From an uncultured Actinomycetota bacterium (GTDB lineage Bacteria > Actinomycetota > Actinomycetes > S36-B12 > UBA10799): a DNA stretch of 64,000 nt. Position 1 is the stretch's first letter. Each line of letters begins with the position of its first letter. The stretch is taken from assembly GCA_963733395.1 (NCBI GenBank), contig CAVTCZ010000005.1, positions 232,323 through 296,322 on the forward strand, read 5' to 3'. The position numbers and the translations under genes are program-made. Of this stretch, positions 8,767-17,747 are shown in pieces. The notes below the pieces were generated by a model. The model was not told where the DNA came from and made no database searches. It saw only the letters and a program-made list of their open reading frames with translations.

Positions 8767-10287
8767 GTGAGCGATCCGCTGGACGAACTGCCACGCCGTC
8801 GCGCCCTGACCGATGATGCGGCCCGCGCTGAGCGGGTGGAAAGCCGCCACGCGCACGGCGGCCGCACGGCGCGGGAGAACATCGGCGCCCTGCTCGACCC
8901 TGGTTCGTTCGTGGAGTACGGCCGACTGGCCACGGCAGCCCAGGAGAAGCGGTTCAGCGTCGAGGAGCTGATGCAGAAGACCCCGGCTGATGGTCTGATC
9001 GGCGGGGTCGGACGGATCGACGGCCGAGCCTGCGCAGTGTTGTCGTACGACTACCTGGTGATGGCCGGCACTCAGGGCATCCGCGGCCATCACAAGTCCG
9101 ACCGGTTGCTCGGACTCATCGAGGAACTGCGCTTGCCGGTGGTGTTCTTCGCCGAGGGTGGCGGCGGCAGGCCCACCGACACCGACTATCCGGTGGTGTC
9201 GGCCCTGGATGTGCGGACGTTCGCGTTGTGGGCCGGGCTGTCGGGCCTGGTGCCGCGGGTCGCGATCGTGGCAGGTCGCTGTTTCGCGGGCAATGCTGTC
9301 ATCGCCGGGTCGTCGGACATCCTGATCGCCACTCGGGAGGCGACCATGGGAGTGGCGGGGCCGGCCATGGTCGCAGGAGCCGGACTGGGGGACTTCACGC
9401 CCGAACAGATCGGCCCGTCCGAGGTCATGGCCCGCAACGGGGTCATCGACGTGCTGGTCGACGATGAAGTGCAGGCCGTTCGCGTGGCCAAGCAGTTGAT
9501 CGCTCTGTTCGTCGGTCCCGTTCCGGATTCGACGGCAGCCGACCAGTCCGTGCTGCGCGACATACTGCCGCAGCGCGAGCGCGAGGCCTACGACGTCCGG
9601 CCGATCGTCACCACGCTGGCCGACACCGACTCCGTCGTGTTCCTGCGGGAGCGGTTCGCGCCGGAGATGGTCACCGCGCTGGCCCGCATCGACGGTCGCC
9701 CGGTCGGGATCCTCGCCAACCAGACCTTGCACATGGCCGGGTCGCTGACGGCGTCGGCCGGTGACAAGGCCGCGCGATTCGTGCAACTGTGCGATGCGTT
9801 CGGGGTCCCGCTGGTGTCGCTGGTGGACACTCCCGGCATCATGGCCGGGCCGGAGGCAGAGGCCGGGGCGATCATCCGTCACGCCTCCCGGCTGCTGGTG
9901 GCCACCGCGCGCATGACTGTGCCGCTGATCGGCGTCGTGCTGCGGCGCGGGTACGGTCTCGGCGCGCAGGCCATGCTCGGCGGCAGCACCAAGGAACCGT
10001 TGATCACGGTGGCCTGGCCAACCGCGCACATGGGGCCGATGGGGCTCGAGGGGGCGGTGCGGCTGGCGATGGGCAAGCAGCTCGATGCGATCGCCGACCC
10101 GCAGGAGCGTCAGGAACGGATGCGGGCGGCGACCGCCGCGTACCGCGAGCACGTGACTGCGTTCAACGCCGCCCGGGTGTTCGAGATCGACGACGTGATC
10201 GACCCCGCCGAGACCCGCGCCCTCATCGCCAACGTGCTCGCGTCGGCGCCCACCAGGGCCAGTGGCCGGGTCGTCGACACCTGGTGA
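8767..10287 (+). CDS. Acyl-CoA carboxylase carboxyltransferase (beta) subunit-like protein
   Basis: Intact 506-aa ORF with two crotonase-like carboxyltransferase halves: MAGTQGIRGHHKSDR, FAEGGGGR, GDKAARFVQLCDAFGVPLVSLVDTPG and RRGYGLGAQAM. Confidence 0.85.
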   Translation: MSDPLDELPRRRALTDDAARAERVESRHAHGGRTARENIGALLDPGSFVEYGRLATAAQEKRFSVEELMQKTPADGLIGGVGRIDGRACAVLSYDYLVMAGTQGIRGHHKSDRLLGLIEELRLPVVFFAEGGGGRPTDTDYPVVSALDVRTFALWAGLSGLVPRVAIVAGRCFAGNAVIAGSSDILIATREATMGVAGPAMVAGAGLGDFTPEQIGPSEVMARNGVIDVLVDDEVQAVRVAKQLIALFVGPVPDSTAADQSVLRDILPQREREAYDVRPIVTTLADTDSVVFLRERFAPEMVTALARIDGRPVGILANQTLHMAGSLTASAGDKAARFVQLCDAFGVPLVSLVDTPGIMAGPEAEAGAIIRHASRLLVATARMTVPLIGVVLRRGYGLGAQAMLGGSTKEPLITVAWPTAHMGPMGLEGAVRLAMGKQLDAIADPQERQERMRAATAAYREHVTAFNAARVFEIDDVIDPAETRALIANVLASAPTRASGRVVDTW

Positions 10288-10359
10288 GGCGCCGCCGGAG
10301 CGTCAGCGATTGCCGCGCTGCCCGGGCGGTGCTTGGCTGGTGCTGTGGCTGCCACCCCG

Positions 10360-10955
10360 ATGTTCCCTCTGGGATCGGTGCTGTTCCCGCACATGCCGCT
10401 GGCGCTGCGGCTGTTCGAGCCCCGGTACTTGCGGATGCTGGGGGAGTTGCTCGAGTCGCCGCAACCGGAGTTCGGAGTGGTCCTCATCGAACGCGGGCAT
10501 GAGGTCGGTGGTGGGGACCATCGGTTCGCGGTCGGAACGATGGCGCAGGTGGTCGAGATCGAGGCACCCGAGGGCTTCGTGGCACTGCTGGCCCGAGGCG
10601 GCCAGCGCTTCCGCGTGCTCGATTGGCTGCCCGACGATCCGTATCCCCGTGCCGACGTGGAAATGCTGCCCGAATGGGAGTGGAAGGAGGACCTCGACCG
10701 GCCTGTCGCACGCGGACCGAACGTCAGGTACGGGAGGTGCTAGCAGTGGCAGGTGGCGACACCTGGCCCGCCGACGTGGAGTTGTCCGACGATCCGGTTG
10801 CCAGGAGCTGGCAACTCGCCGGGCTCACGCCGGTCGGCCCACTCGACCAGTGGCGACTGCTGCACAGCGAGAACCTCGAGCAGTTGTTGCAGTCCGTCGG
10901 CGACCTGTCTGCTGAGGTTGCGCAGACACTGCGGATGGGGTGGGGGCAAGGCTGA
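10360..10955 (+). pseudogene. LON N-terminal (substrate-binding) domain protein, one frame change
   Basis: MFPLGSVLFPHMPLALRLFEPRYLRMLGELL is the typical start of a LON-N domain protein. After ..EDLDRPVA (~10710) the sensible continuation ERQVREVLAVAGGDTWPADVELSDDPVARSWQLAGL.. is in the frame of ORF 10623..10955. Confidence 0.6.
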
Positions 10956-10965
10956 GCTGCGGCGC

Positions 10966-11658
10966 CTAGTCTCCGAGGGCGAACTCCGCGGCCGCCTCGG
11001 CGTGCAGCCGGGCAGTGGGGAAGTAGGGCACATCGAGATCCTGCGGGCCGACCAGCAGCTCGATTTCCGTGCAGCCGGCGATGACCCCTTGCGCGCCCCG
11101 GGCCACGAGCCTGCTGATGACTTCGAGGTAGCGCTGCCGGGAGACCGGACTGATGATGCCGCGCACGAGTTCGTCGTAGATGACGTCGTGGACCACAGTG
11201 CGATCGGGCTCGTCCGGGACCAGTACGTGCAGGCCCAGCGTGCTCAGCCGCCCCACATAGAAGTCCTGCTCCATGGTGTACCGGGTGCCGAGCAGTGCCA
11301 CCGTCTGCAGGCCGGCGGACAGCACGCTGCGGGCGGTGGCGTCGGCGATGTGCAGCAGCGGCACGGAGACGGCCGCCTCGATCTGATCGGCGACGCGATG
11401 CATGGTGTTCGTGCACAGCACGATGGCATCGGCGCCCGCCGCCTCGAGGTCGATGGCAGCGTCAGCCAGGACGTCGCCGGCCTCCTGCCACCGACCGGCC
11501 GCCTGTAGCGCCTCGATCTGCGCGAAGTTGAAGGAGCGCACGATCAGGTCCGCGGAGGCCGTGCCGCCGAGTCGGTCCCGGACGATCTCGTTGATCAGGC
11601 GTTCGTACTCGATCGACGACTCCCAGGACATGCCGCCGAGCAGGCCCAACCGCTTCAT
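10966..11658 (-). CDS. Aspartate/glutamate racemase family protein
   Basis: MKRLGLLGGMSWESSIEYERLIN.., the two catalytic-Cys contexts LCTNTMH and AGCTE, and a length of ~230 aa all fit. The ATG at 11658 is preferred over the TTG at 11667. Confidence 0.8.
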   Translation of the reverse strand: MKRLGLLGGMSWESSIEYERLINEIVRDRLGGTASADLIVRSFNFAQIEALQAAGRWQEAGDVLADAAIDLEAAGADAIVLCTNTMHRVADQIEAAVSVPLLHIADATARSVLSAGLQTVALLGTRYTMEQDFYVGRLSTLGLHVLVPDEPDRTVVHDVIYDELVRGIISPVSRQRYLEVISRLVARGAQGVIAGCTEIELLVGPQDLDVPYFPTARLHAEAAAEFALGD

Positions 11659-11680
11659 GCCCGCCAACTTAGGCTCGGGG

Positions 11681-12459
11681 ATGGGTGAGTTGCCACTGGG
11701 CTGGAGGACCGACCTCGAAGTGCTGCGGCTCGGTGGCTCTGTCGATCACCGCTGGCGATGACCACATCCTGGTCGAGACCCCCGACAATCCGGGCTTCCA
11801 CTGGGGCAACTTCATCCTGGTCACGGATCCGGGGCTGGCCGCTGACCCCAGGGTTGTGTGGCATTGTTCCGGGCCCGTCTGCCCGGGGCCCGCCATGTCG
11901 CAATCGGGCTCACCGTGCAGCCCGATCCCAGCGCCTGGCGGCGAGTGGCCCTGACGGCTGAGACCGACGAGGTGCTGCGGAGCGCGCATCCCCCGGCCAC
12001 CGCACCACTGGCCGCCGGCTACACCGCCAGACAGTTGCGCAGCGCCGCGGACTGGCGAGACTACCTGCAGGCCGACCTTGCCGAGTACGAGCGGTCCGGC
12101 GGCGCGGGGCGCCGAATACGAAGAGGTTCGCCCGCCGCCGGGTCGAAACCCGCCGCCGGATGACCGAACAGGGCTGTGCCGCTTTCTTCGGTGCCTTCGC
12201 AGGCGAGGAACTGGCCGCGGATCTGGGGATCGTGATGTGCGGTGCGACGGCGCGCTACCAGAGCGTCGCCACTGTGTACCGCCACCGCCGGCGCGGGCTG
12301 GCTTCCCACCTGTTGGGTGTCGCCGGCGCCTGGGCCGGGTCCGCAGGAGCCGACGAGTGGGTCATCGTGGTGGAGCCCGGCAGCGAAGCGCGCAGGGTGT
12401 ACGCACGGGCCGGAATGGGTCCGGCTTGCTGGTCGTGGCAGGCGTACCGAGCCGGATGA
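11681..12459 (+). pseudogene. GNAT-family N-acetyltransferase, about four frame changes
   Basis: The pieces lie in four frames. They are MGELPLGWRTDLEVLRLGGSV, then TAGDDHILVETPDNPGFHWGNFILVTDPGLAADP, then ALFRARLPGARHVAIGL..ADLAEYERSGG, then AEYEE, then FARRRVETRRRMTEQGCAAFFGAFAGEELAADLGIVMCGATARYQSVATVYRHRRRGLASHLL (acetyl-CoA motif). The junctions are at ~11741, ~11855, ~12105 and ~12127. Confidence 0.6.
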
Positions 12460-12573
12460 GCACCTCCGAGGTGATACTGGTGTCCGGCAAGGAGGTAACC
12501 CTGAAGGCTGGACCGGGGATCGAGAACGCAGTGGGATGCGGCGTCGGCTTGCCGTGCGAAGGGGTCGACTGAC

Positions 12574-13045
12574 GTGGCCCGGTTCAGCGCGGGCCTGCTT
12601 CCCTACCGCCGGACGGCTCCGCCGGGATCGAGGTCTTCCTCGTGCACATGGCCGGCCCCTACTGGGCGCACAAGGACGAGGGCGCCTGGTCCATCGCCAA
12701 GGGGGAGTACGACCCGGATGCCGAAGACCCCTGGGCAGTCGCCCAGCGGGAGTTCGCCGAAGAGGTCGGCCGGCCCGCGCCGCAGGGGCCGGTCGTGGAT
12801 CTCGGTGAGCACCGGCATGCCCAGCGGCAAGCGGGTGCGGGTGTTCGCGGTCGAGACCGACGAGGAGCTCGCGTTCGTGTCGAGCAACCTGTTCGAGATG
12901 GAATGGCCGCCGCGGTCCGGGCAGCATGCAGGAGTTCCCGGAGACCGATGGGGCCGCCTGGTTCGATCTGCCCACGGCGCTGGTCAAGGTGGTGGCCGGT
13001 CAGGTGCCGATCCTGGAGGCGTTCGCGGAGGCAGTGCCTGCGTGA
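12574..13045 (+). pseudogene. NUDIX hydrolase, three frame changes
   Basis: MARFSAGLLPYRR is followed by GIEVFLVHMAGPYWAHKDEGAWSIAKGEYDPDAEDPWAVAQREFAEEVG (Nudix box GX5EX7REUXEEXG). Next comes MPSGKRVRVFAVETDEELAFVSSNLFEMEWPPRSG, then MQEFPETDGAAWFDLPTALVKVVAGQVPILEAFAEAVPA-stop. The junctions are at ~12626, ~12810 and ~12924. Confidence 0.65.
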
Positions 13046-13171
13046 GGCCCGCTGGACCCGGGTGCCGGTCTGCAACTGCCACCACCCGAGGCGGATCGCG
13101 CACCGGGTCAGCCAATCGTCCCTACCGCATTCTGCCCGGACGGTCCTGACTTGCCTGAACGCGATCCCGGG

Positions 13172-13221
13172 GAACTTCGGGCCGAAAACGGCCATCGGTG
13201 GCCGGAATCGACCCGAAGTTC
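13172..13221. repeat. 50-nt palindromic element (family member 1 of 2 in the window)
   Basis: gaacttcgggccgaaaacggccatcggtggccggaatcgacccgaagttc has outer arms gaacttcggg / cccgaagttc and an inner ggcca-tcgg-tggcc. It matches the perfect hairpin at 57781-57830 at 36/50 positions. Two of the differences are compensatory pairs in the stem. Confidence 0.5.
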
Positions 13222-13353
13222 GCCGAAGTGGTGCTTCGCGCGGCGGGTTCGGGGTTGCAGATTCCATGGGGAGCGGGTGTGAGGAGGAGGACGCGGAATC
13301 GGATCCGAACCCGCCTGGTGTGGCGGCGGCGCGGACTTGGCGGCCCCGGCCCA

Positions 13354-13890
13354 TCAGCCCCGGCCCGTCTCCACCCGGGCCGCGTAGTGGGACCAGCGCT
13401 CCACGTCCTCCCGTCCGGGGCCGTCGGTCTGAGCGACGACCTGGATCGTGAGGCCGTCGAGCAGCGCCAGCAGTCGCCAGGCCGACGCGCGGGGGTCCGC
13501 GCAGACGAACTCGCCGCTGGTGACGCCCTGCTGCAGCACCTCCTCGAGCAGCTGTTGCCAGCCGCCGTTGAGTTTGGCCGCCATCTCGCGTACGGCCGGG
13601 TGCCGCGGCGAACTGCTCCACGCATCCATCCACCACTGGAACTGCCAGGCGTCGCGCGCCGGCTGGAACTCGGAGACGATCGCGTCGAGGCGATGCGTCG
13701 GGGTGTCGATCGATGCGACCAGGTCGCGGGCCCGCTGCAGGTCCTCGGCCGCGACCCGCTCGAAGGCCGCCGCCATCAACTCGTCGTAGCTGTCGAAGTA
13801 GTGGTGCATCAGGCCGGTGCTGACACCGGCCTCCGCCGCCACCGTCCGGGTGCTGGACTCGAGCATCCCGTTGGCCCGGATCGTGCGCAC
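13354..13890 (-). CDS. TetR-family transcriptional regulator (5' end probably frameshifted; likely original ATG at 13933)
   Basis: The HTH region is VRTIRANGMLESSTRTVAAEAGVSTGLMHHYF. Upstream, in-frame SDRREALIAAA has no start codon, while ATG-TCC-GCC (MSA) at 13933 is one base out of frame. This is the last gene of the agmatine deiminase operon. Confidence 0.7.
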   Translation of the reverse strand: MRTIRANGMLESSTRTVAAEAGVSTGLMHHYFDSYDELMAAAFERVAAEDLQRARDLVASIDTPTHRLDAIVSEFQPARDAWQFQWWMDAWSSSPRHPAVREMAAKLNGGWQQLLEEVLQQGVTSGEFVCADPRASAWRLLALLDGLTIQVVAQTDGPGREDVERWSHYAARVETGRG

Positions 13891-13947
13891 CGCCGCGGCG
13901 ATCAGCGCCTCGCGCCGATCGCTCGGCGGACATGTGCACCTGGCTGG

Positions 13948-15042
13948 TCACCGGGCCGGCTCCTGTTGTGTGATGCAGTGGACGTTACCGCCACCCAGCA
14001 GGATCTCCCGGCCCGGCACCGTCACGATCTCGCGGTCCGGGAACAGCCGCTTGTAGGTGAGGATCGCATCCTCGTCGTGCGGGTCGTCGAACACCGGCAG
14101 GACGACGACGCCGTTGCCGATGAACGAGTTCACGTAGGAACCGGCGAGCCGTTCGCCCTCCACCCGTGGCTGCACGCCGGGGACGTGGTCGACTCCGGCG
14201 GCCTCCTCCGCAGTGATGTGGATCGGGCCCGGCTGGTGGAGTTTCACCACCTCGAGCTGGCGGCCCCGGGCATCGGTCTCCCGCTCCAGGATGGCCAGCG
14301 CCTCGTTGCTGATCTCCCACTGCGGGTCGTTCTCGTCGTCGGTCCAGGTGAGCATCACGACACCGGGGGCGGCGAACCGCGCGAAGTTGTCGACGTGCCC
14401 GTCGGTCTCGTCCAGGTACACCCCGCGCGGCAGCCAGATGACCTTGTCCGCGCCGAGGTAGTCGCACAGGTTGCGCTCGATCTGCTCCTTGGTCAGTTGC
14501 GGGTTGCGGTTGTGGTTGAGCAGGCACTCCTGCGTGGTGAGCACCGTGCCCTGGCCGTCCACGTCGATGGACCCGCCCTCCAGGACGAAGTCCGCGTGGT
14601 ACATCGGTACGCCCTCCAGCTCGAGCACCTTCCGGGCGACCAGGTCGTCGTGGTCCCAGGGGAAGTACAGTCCGCCTTCCAGGCCGCCCCAAGCGTTGAA
14701 CCGCCAGTCCACGCCGCGCAGCTCGCCGTGGTCGTTGATGACGAACGTCGGGCCGGTGTCGCGCATCCAGGAGTCGTCGGTGGTCATCTCCACCTCCCGC
14801 ACGTCGGCCGGGAGGTGTTCGCGGGCGTTGACGTACTGCTGCCCGGAGACGACCATCGTCAACGGCTCGTGCTCGCAGATGACCTGGGCCACCGTGCTGA
14901 ACGCCTCCTGCGCAGGTTTGCCGCCCAGCCGCCAGTTGTCGGGCCGTTCCGGCCAGACCATCCAGCAGTTGCACTGCCGCTCCCATTCCGCCGGCATCCG
15001 GAAGCCGTCGGCCTTCGGGGTGCCGTTGAGGACCTTCGTCAT
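13948..15042 (-). CDS. aguA: Agmatine deiminase
   Basis: Intact 364-aa ORF with [38 protein letters not shown] and the C-terminal catalytic [11 protein letters not shown]. Confidence 0.9.
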   Translation of the reverse strand: MTKVLNGTPKADGFRMPAEWERQCNCWMVWPERPDNWRLGGKPAQEAFSTVAQVICEHEPLTMVVSGQQYVNAREHLPADVREVEMTTDDSWMRDTGPTFVINDHGELRGVDWRFNAWGGLEGGLYFPWDHDDLVARKVLELEGVPMYHADFVLEGGSIDVDGQGTVLTTQECLLNHNRNPQLTKEQIERNLCDYLGADKVIWLPRGVYLDETDGHVDNFARFAAPGVVMLTWTDDENDPQWEISNEALAILERETDARGRQLEVVKLHQPGPIHITAEEAAGVDHVPGVQPRVEGERLAGSYVNSFIGNGVVVLPVFDDPHDEDAILTYKRLFPDREIVTVPGREILLGGGNVHCITQQEPAR

Positions 15043-16541
15043 GACCGCTCACCGCCGTGCGGCTGGTAGCTGCGCTCGATGCCCTCAGCGGTGTCGGGCG
15101 CGATGCCCTCCAGCTCCACCCTGGCACCGAGTTCCGGGTGCTCCCGGCGCTTCCACCGCGGGGCCATGACCACCAGGATCTCCTGCGCGACGAACGTCGC
15201 GACCAGGCCCGCCACGATCAACCACGTCGTGGTGGCGTCGAACTCCGCCCACGGGTTCCACATGAAGAAGAACACCGCGGCGACCAGCAGCACCACCACG
15301 AGCAGTGCCGACAGCCATGCGCCGAACGACCCGCCCGGCACCCGGTAGGGGCGGTGTGCCCCGGGGTCGAGGTGACGCAGTCGCACGAACGCCAGGGACA
15401 TGGCTACGTAGGGCAGCAGGAACACGATCGAGCTGAATGCGAACAGGCTCCAGAACAGAGCGTCGATGTCGCCGTTGGTCACCGAGAACAGCACACCGTA
15501 GACAACCGTGATGCTGGCGCTGACCAGAGCCGTGAGACCGGCTGCGCCGATCGGTGTGCGGTGTTTGGCGCTCATGCGCTTGAACACCGGCGGCAGGTCG
15601 CCCTGCTCTGCGGCCTCGGCGGCCGCGCGGTTCGCCCCGATGGTCCAGGGGATCAGGGCCGCGAAGAACGCGTACAGGATGCCGATCCCGACCAGCGTGA
15701 TCGCCGGACCGGAACCGAACGCGGCCTGCAGCACGTCCATCAGGCCGCTGGTCTCGGAGATCTCCTCCGCGGGCATCACGACCTGCATGCCGATGGTCGA
15801 GATCAGGTAGAACGCGCCGATGAGTACGCCGGCGATCACGATGGTGCGCGGCACGTCGCGGCGGGGGTTGCGCATCTCGTTGCTGGCGCTGCTCATCAAC
15901 TCGAAGCCGAGGAAGTTGTAGATGATGATCGGCAGGGCCAACGCCATCGTCGAAGCCGTGGGGATCATCGAGGCGCTCGTCCACTCGAACGAGGTCGCCG
16001 ATCCGTCGGTGGTGACGACCATGACCCCGGCGATCCCGATCAGCACGATCACGCCGACGGTGATCAGCGCGCCCAGGTTGGACACCCATTTGCCGGTGTC
16101 CAGGGTCAGCACGTTGACGACCCAGTTGACGACGATCAGGACCAGTGCGATACCCACCTGTGGCCAGAAGCCGAGGTCGGGGAAGAACATCTCGCTGAGC
16201 ACCACCGAGAACATCAGGTAGACCGACGGCACCCAGAGCGCCACGTTGAGCCAGTACCACCAGGAGACCCGCGTCCCCCAGCGGTTGCCGAATGCGCGGA
16301 CGATCCAGGAGTAGATGCCGCCGGTGTCCGGATAGGTGGAGCCGAGTTCAGCGGTCATCAAGCCGTAGGGCAGGAAGAACAGCGCGATCATCAGCGCCGT
16401 CCATGCGATCGCCGACGGCCCGATCTGCGCGGTGAGCGTGACCTGGCTGAGCAGCAGGATCGCGCAGACGCTGAACAGGATCATGTCGAACATCCGCAGC
16501 GCTCGGGGCGCGGCGGTCTCTTGCGTAGTCATTTCCGTCAT
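15039..16541 (-). CDS. APC-superfamily amino acid/polyamine permease (candidate agmatine:putrescine antiporter)
   Basis: Intact 500-aa ORF with about 12 hydrophobic helices and APC-type motifs ([35 protein letters not shown]). It is flanked by ptcA and aguA and has an ATGA overlap with aguA. Confidence 0.85.
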   Translation of the reverse strand: MTEMTTQETAAPRALRMFDMILFSVCAILLLSQVTLTAQIGPSAIAWTALMIALFFLPYGLMTAELGSTYPDTGGIYSWIVRAFGNRWGTRVSWWYWLNVALWVPSVYLMFSVVLSEMFFPDLGFWPQVGIALVLIVVNWVVNVLTLDTGKWVSNLGALITVGVIVLIGIAGVMVVTTDGSATSFEWTSASMIPTASTMALALPIIIYNFLGFELMSSASNEMRNPRRDVPRTIVIAGVLIGAFYLISTIGMQVVMPAEEISETSGLMDVLQAAFGSGPAITLVGIGILYAFFAALIPWTIGANRAAAEAAEQGDLPPVFKRMSAKHRTPIGAAGLTALVSASITVVYGVLFSVTNGDIDALFWSLFAFSSIVFLLPYVAMSLAFVRLRHLDPGAHRPYRVPGGSFGAWLSALLVVVLLVAAVFFFMWNPWAEFDATTTWLIVAGLVATFVAQEILVVMAPRWKRREHPELGARVELEGIAPDTAEGIERSYQPHGGERS

Positions 16542-16545
16542 CTCC

Positions 16546-17571
16546 TCAACGCATCACGGCGTCGTGCAGGAAGGACTCGATGCGACCCTCGTGGTAGGCG
16601 CGCAGCGCCGGCGTGGGGTGCTCGATCTGGGGGGTGATGTACCAGGCGAGCAGGCCCTTCTCGGTGTGCAGCCGGTTCTCGCTCTGGTCGTAGATGATCG
16701 ACTGCGGGGAGTCCATCACCTCGTCGGTGGCCTCGACCCCGCGGGAGGCCGGCAGGCAGTGCATGAACCGGGCGTGTTCCGGCGCCCGGGCCATGAGGCT
16801 GGCATTGACCTGGTAGCGCGGCTTGAATGCCTTCACCCGGTCCGGGATCTCATCCTCCTGGCCGAACCACCACCACAGGTCGGTGTAGATGAAGTCGGCG
16901 TTCACCACGGCCTGCTCCACATCTTCGGTCTCGAGGTAGTGGCCGCCGTAGAGCTCTTCGTTGCGGGCGATCTCGTCGAGCACGGTCGGCCACTGGGCCT
17001 TGATGCCGTACTGCTCGGGGCGGGCATGGATGAACGTCCCGCCGAGCATGGTCACGATCTGCGCGGTCGAGGTGCAGACGTTGGTGGCGTCGCCGACGAA
17101 CACGACCGTGACGTCCGAGAATGCCTTCTCGGTGTGCTCAGTCATGGTGAAGACGTCGCACACGGCCTGAGTCGGGTGGTTGTAGTCGGTCAGGCCGTTG
17201 ATGACCGGGACCTCGGCGTACTGCGCGAAGTCGGTGACCGTGGCGTGCTTGAACGCCCGGATCTCCACGGCGTCGACCATCCGGGACAGCACCCGGGCGG
17301 TGTCGGCGATGTTCTCCTTGGCGCCGAGGTGGATCTCACCGGGCTTCAGATACAGAGCGTGACCACCGAGTTTGGTCATGGCGACCTCGAAGGAGACCCG
17401 GGTGCGGGTGGACGCCTCTTCGAAGATCATGCCCAGCGAGGCGCCTTCCAGCAGTCGCGGACAGGCGTTCTGCTTGTCGGCTTGCTTGAGCAGTCGGATG
17501 AGATCCATCTGGGCGCGGATCGTCTCGGGACCCAGTTCCTGGGTGTCGATGAAATTGCGCGAGTGTCGCAT
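16546..17571 (-). CDS. ptcA: Putrescine carbamoyltransferase
   Basis: The start is the ATG at 17571 (MRHSRNF..). Motifs are SLGMIFEEASTRTRVSFE, VINGLTDYNHPTQ, VVFVGDATNVC and FMHCLPASRGVEATDEV. The last is the PTCase-type variant, not the OTC-type HCLPAFHD seen in arcB at 41789. A C-terminal helical extension and the aguA context also support the call. Confidence 0.8.
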   Translation of the reverse strand: MRHSRNFIDTQELGPETIRAQMDLIRLLKQADKQNACPRLLEGASLGMIFEEASTRTRVSFEVAMTKLGGHALYLKPGEIHLGAKENIADTARVLSRMVDAVEIRAFKHATVTDFAQYAEVPVINGLTDYNHPTQAVCDVFTMTEHTEKAFSDVTVVFVGDATNVCTSTAQIVTMLGGTFIHARPEQYGIKAQWPTVLDEIARNEELYGGHYLETEDVEQAVVNADFIYTDLWWWFGQEDEIPDRVKAFKPRYQVNASLMARAPEHARFMHCLPASRGVEATDEVMDSPQSIIYDQSENRLHTEKGLLAWYITPQIEHPTPALRAYHEGRIESFLHDAVMR

Positions 17572-17649
17572 CGGGTCGGACAACCTTTCGTGTGGGAGAG
17601 GTCGTCGAAGGGGGCGGAATCCCGGGTGGGGCAACCACCCCGGTCGGCG

Positions 17650-17702
17650 GTTCCCTTGTGGGGAACGGTTCCAGTGTACGGCCGACTTGAACAAGTGCTC
17701 AA
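17650..17702 (-). promoter_or_regulatory. Candidate promoter (TTGAGC-N18-TACACT on the minus strand) with overlapping palindromic operator upstream of ptcA
   Basis: On the minus strand, -35 TTGAGC is at 17697-17702 and -10 TACACT is at 17673-17678. Immediately downstream are overlapping inverted repeats GTTCCC-ttgtg-GGGAAC (17650-17666) and GGAAC-g-GTTCC (17662-17672). Confidence 0.3.
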
Positions 17703-17747
17703 CTAGGGGGGTGGTTCATCGCGCATGGCGCCCCTGCTCGCCCTACC

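Noticed and set aside
8767-10287. Carboxyltransferase as part of a complete acyl-CoA carboxylase operon
   Set aside because: No biotin carboxylase/BCCP (alpha) or epsilon subunit gene is adjacent. The neighbours are a GT2 gene and a LON-N-domain gene. It is annotated as a stand-alone beta-subunit-like gene.
13198-15069. 623-aa plus-strand ORF antisense to aguA. Similar long antisense ORFs occur at 15057..16637, 16432..17706, 17964..20711 (915 aa), 35532..37043, 37673..39721, 43215..44366 and 59626..61200
   Set aside because: Each lies exactly opposite a gene with strong family motifs. Each has the skewed Arg/Asp/Gly/His/Val composition of an antisense frame in GC-rich DNA, and none has a recognisable domain.
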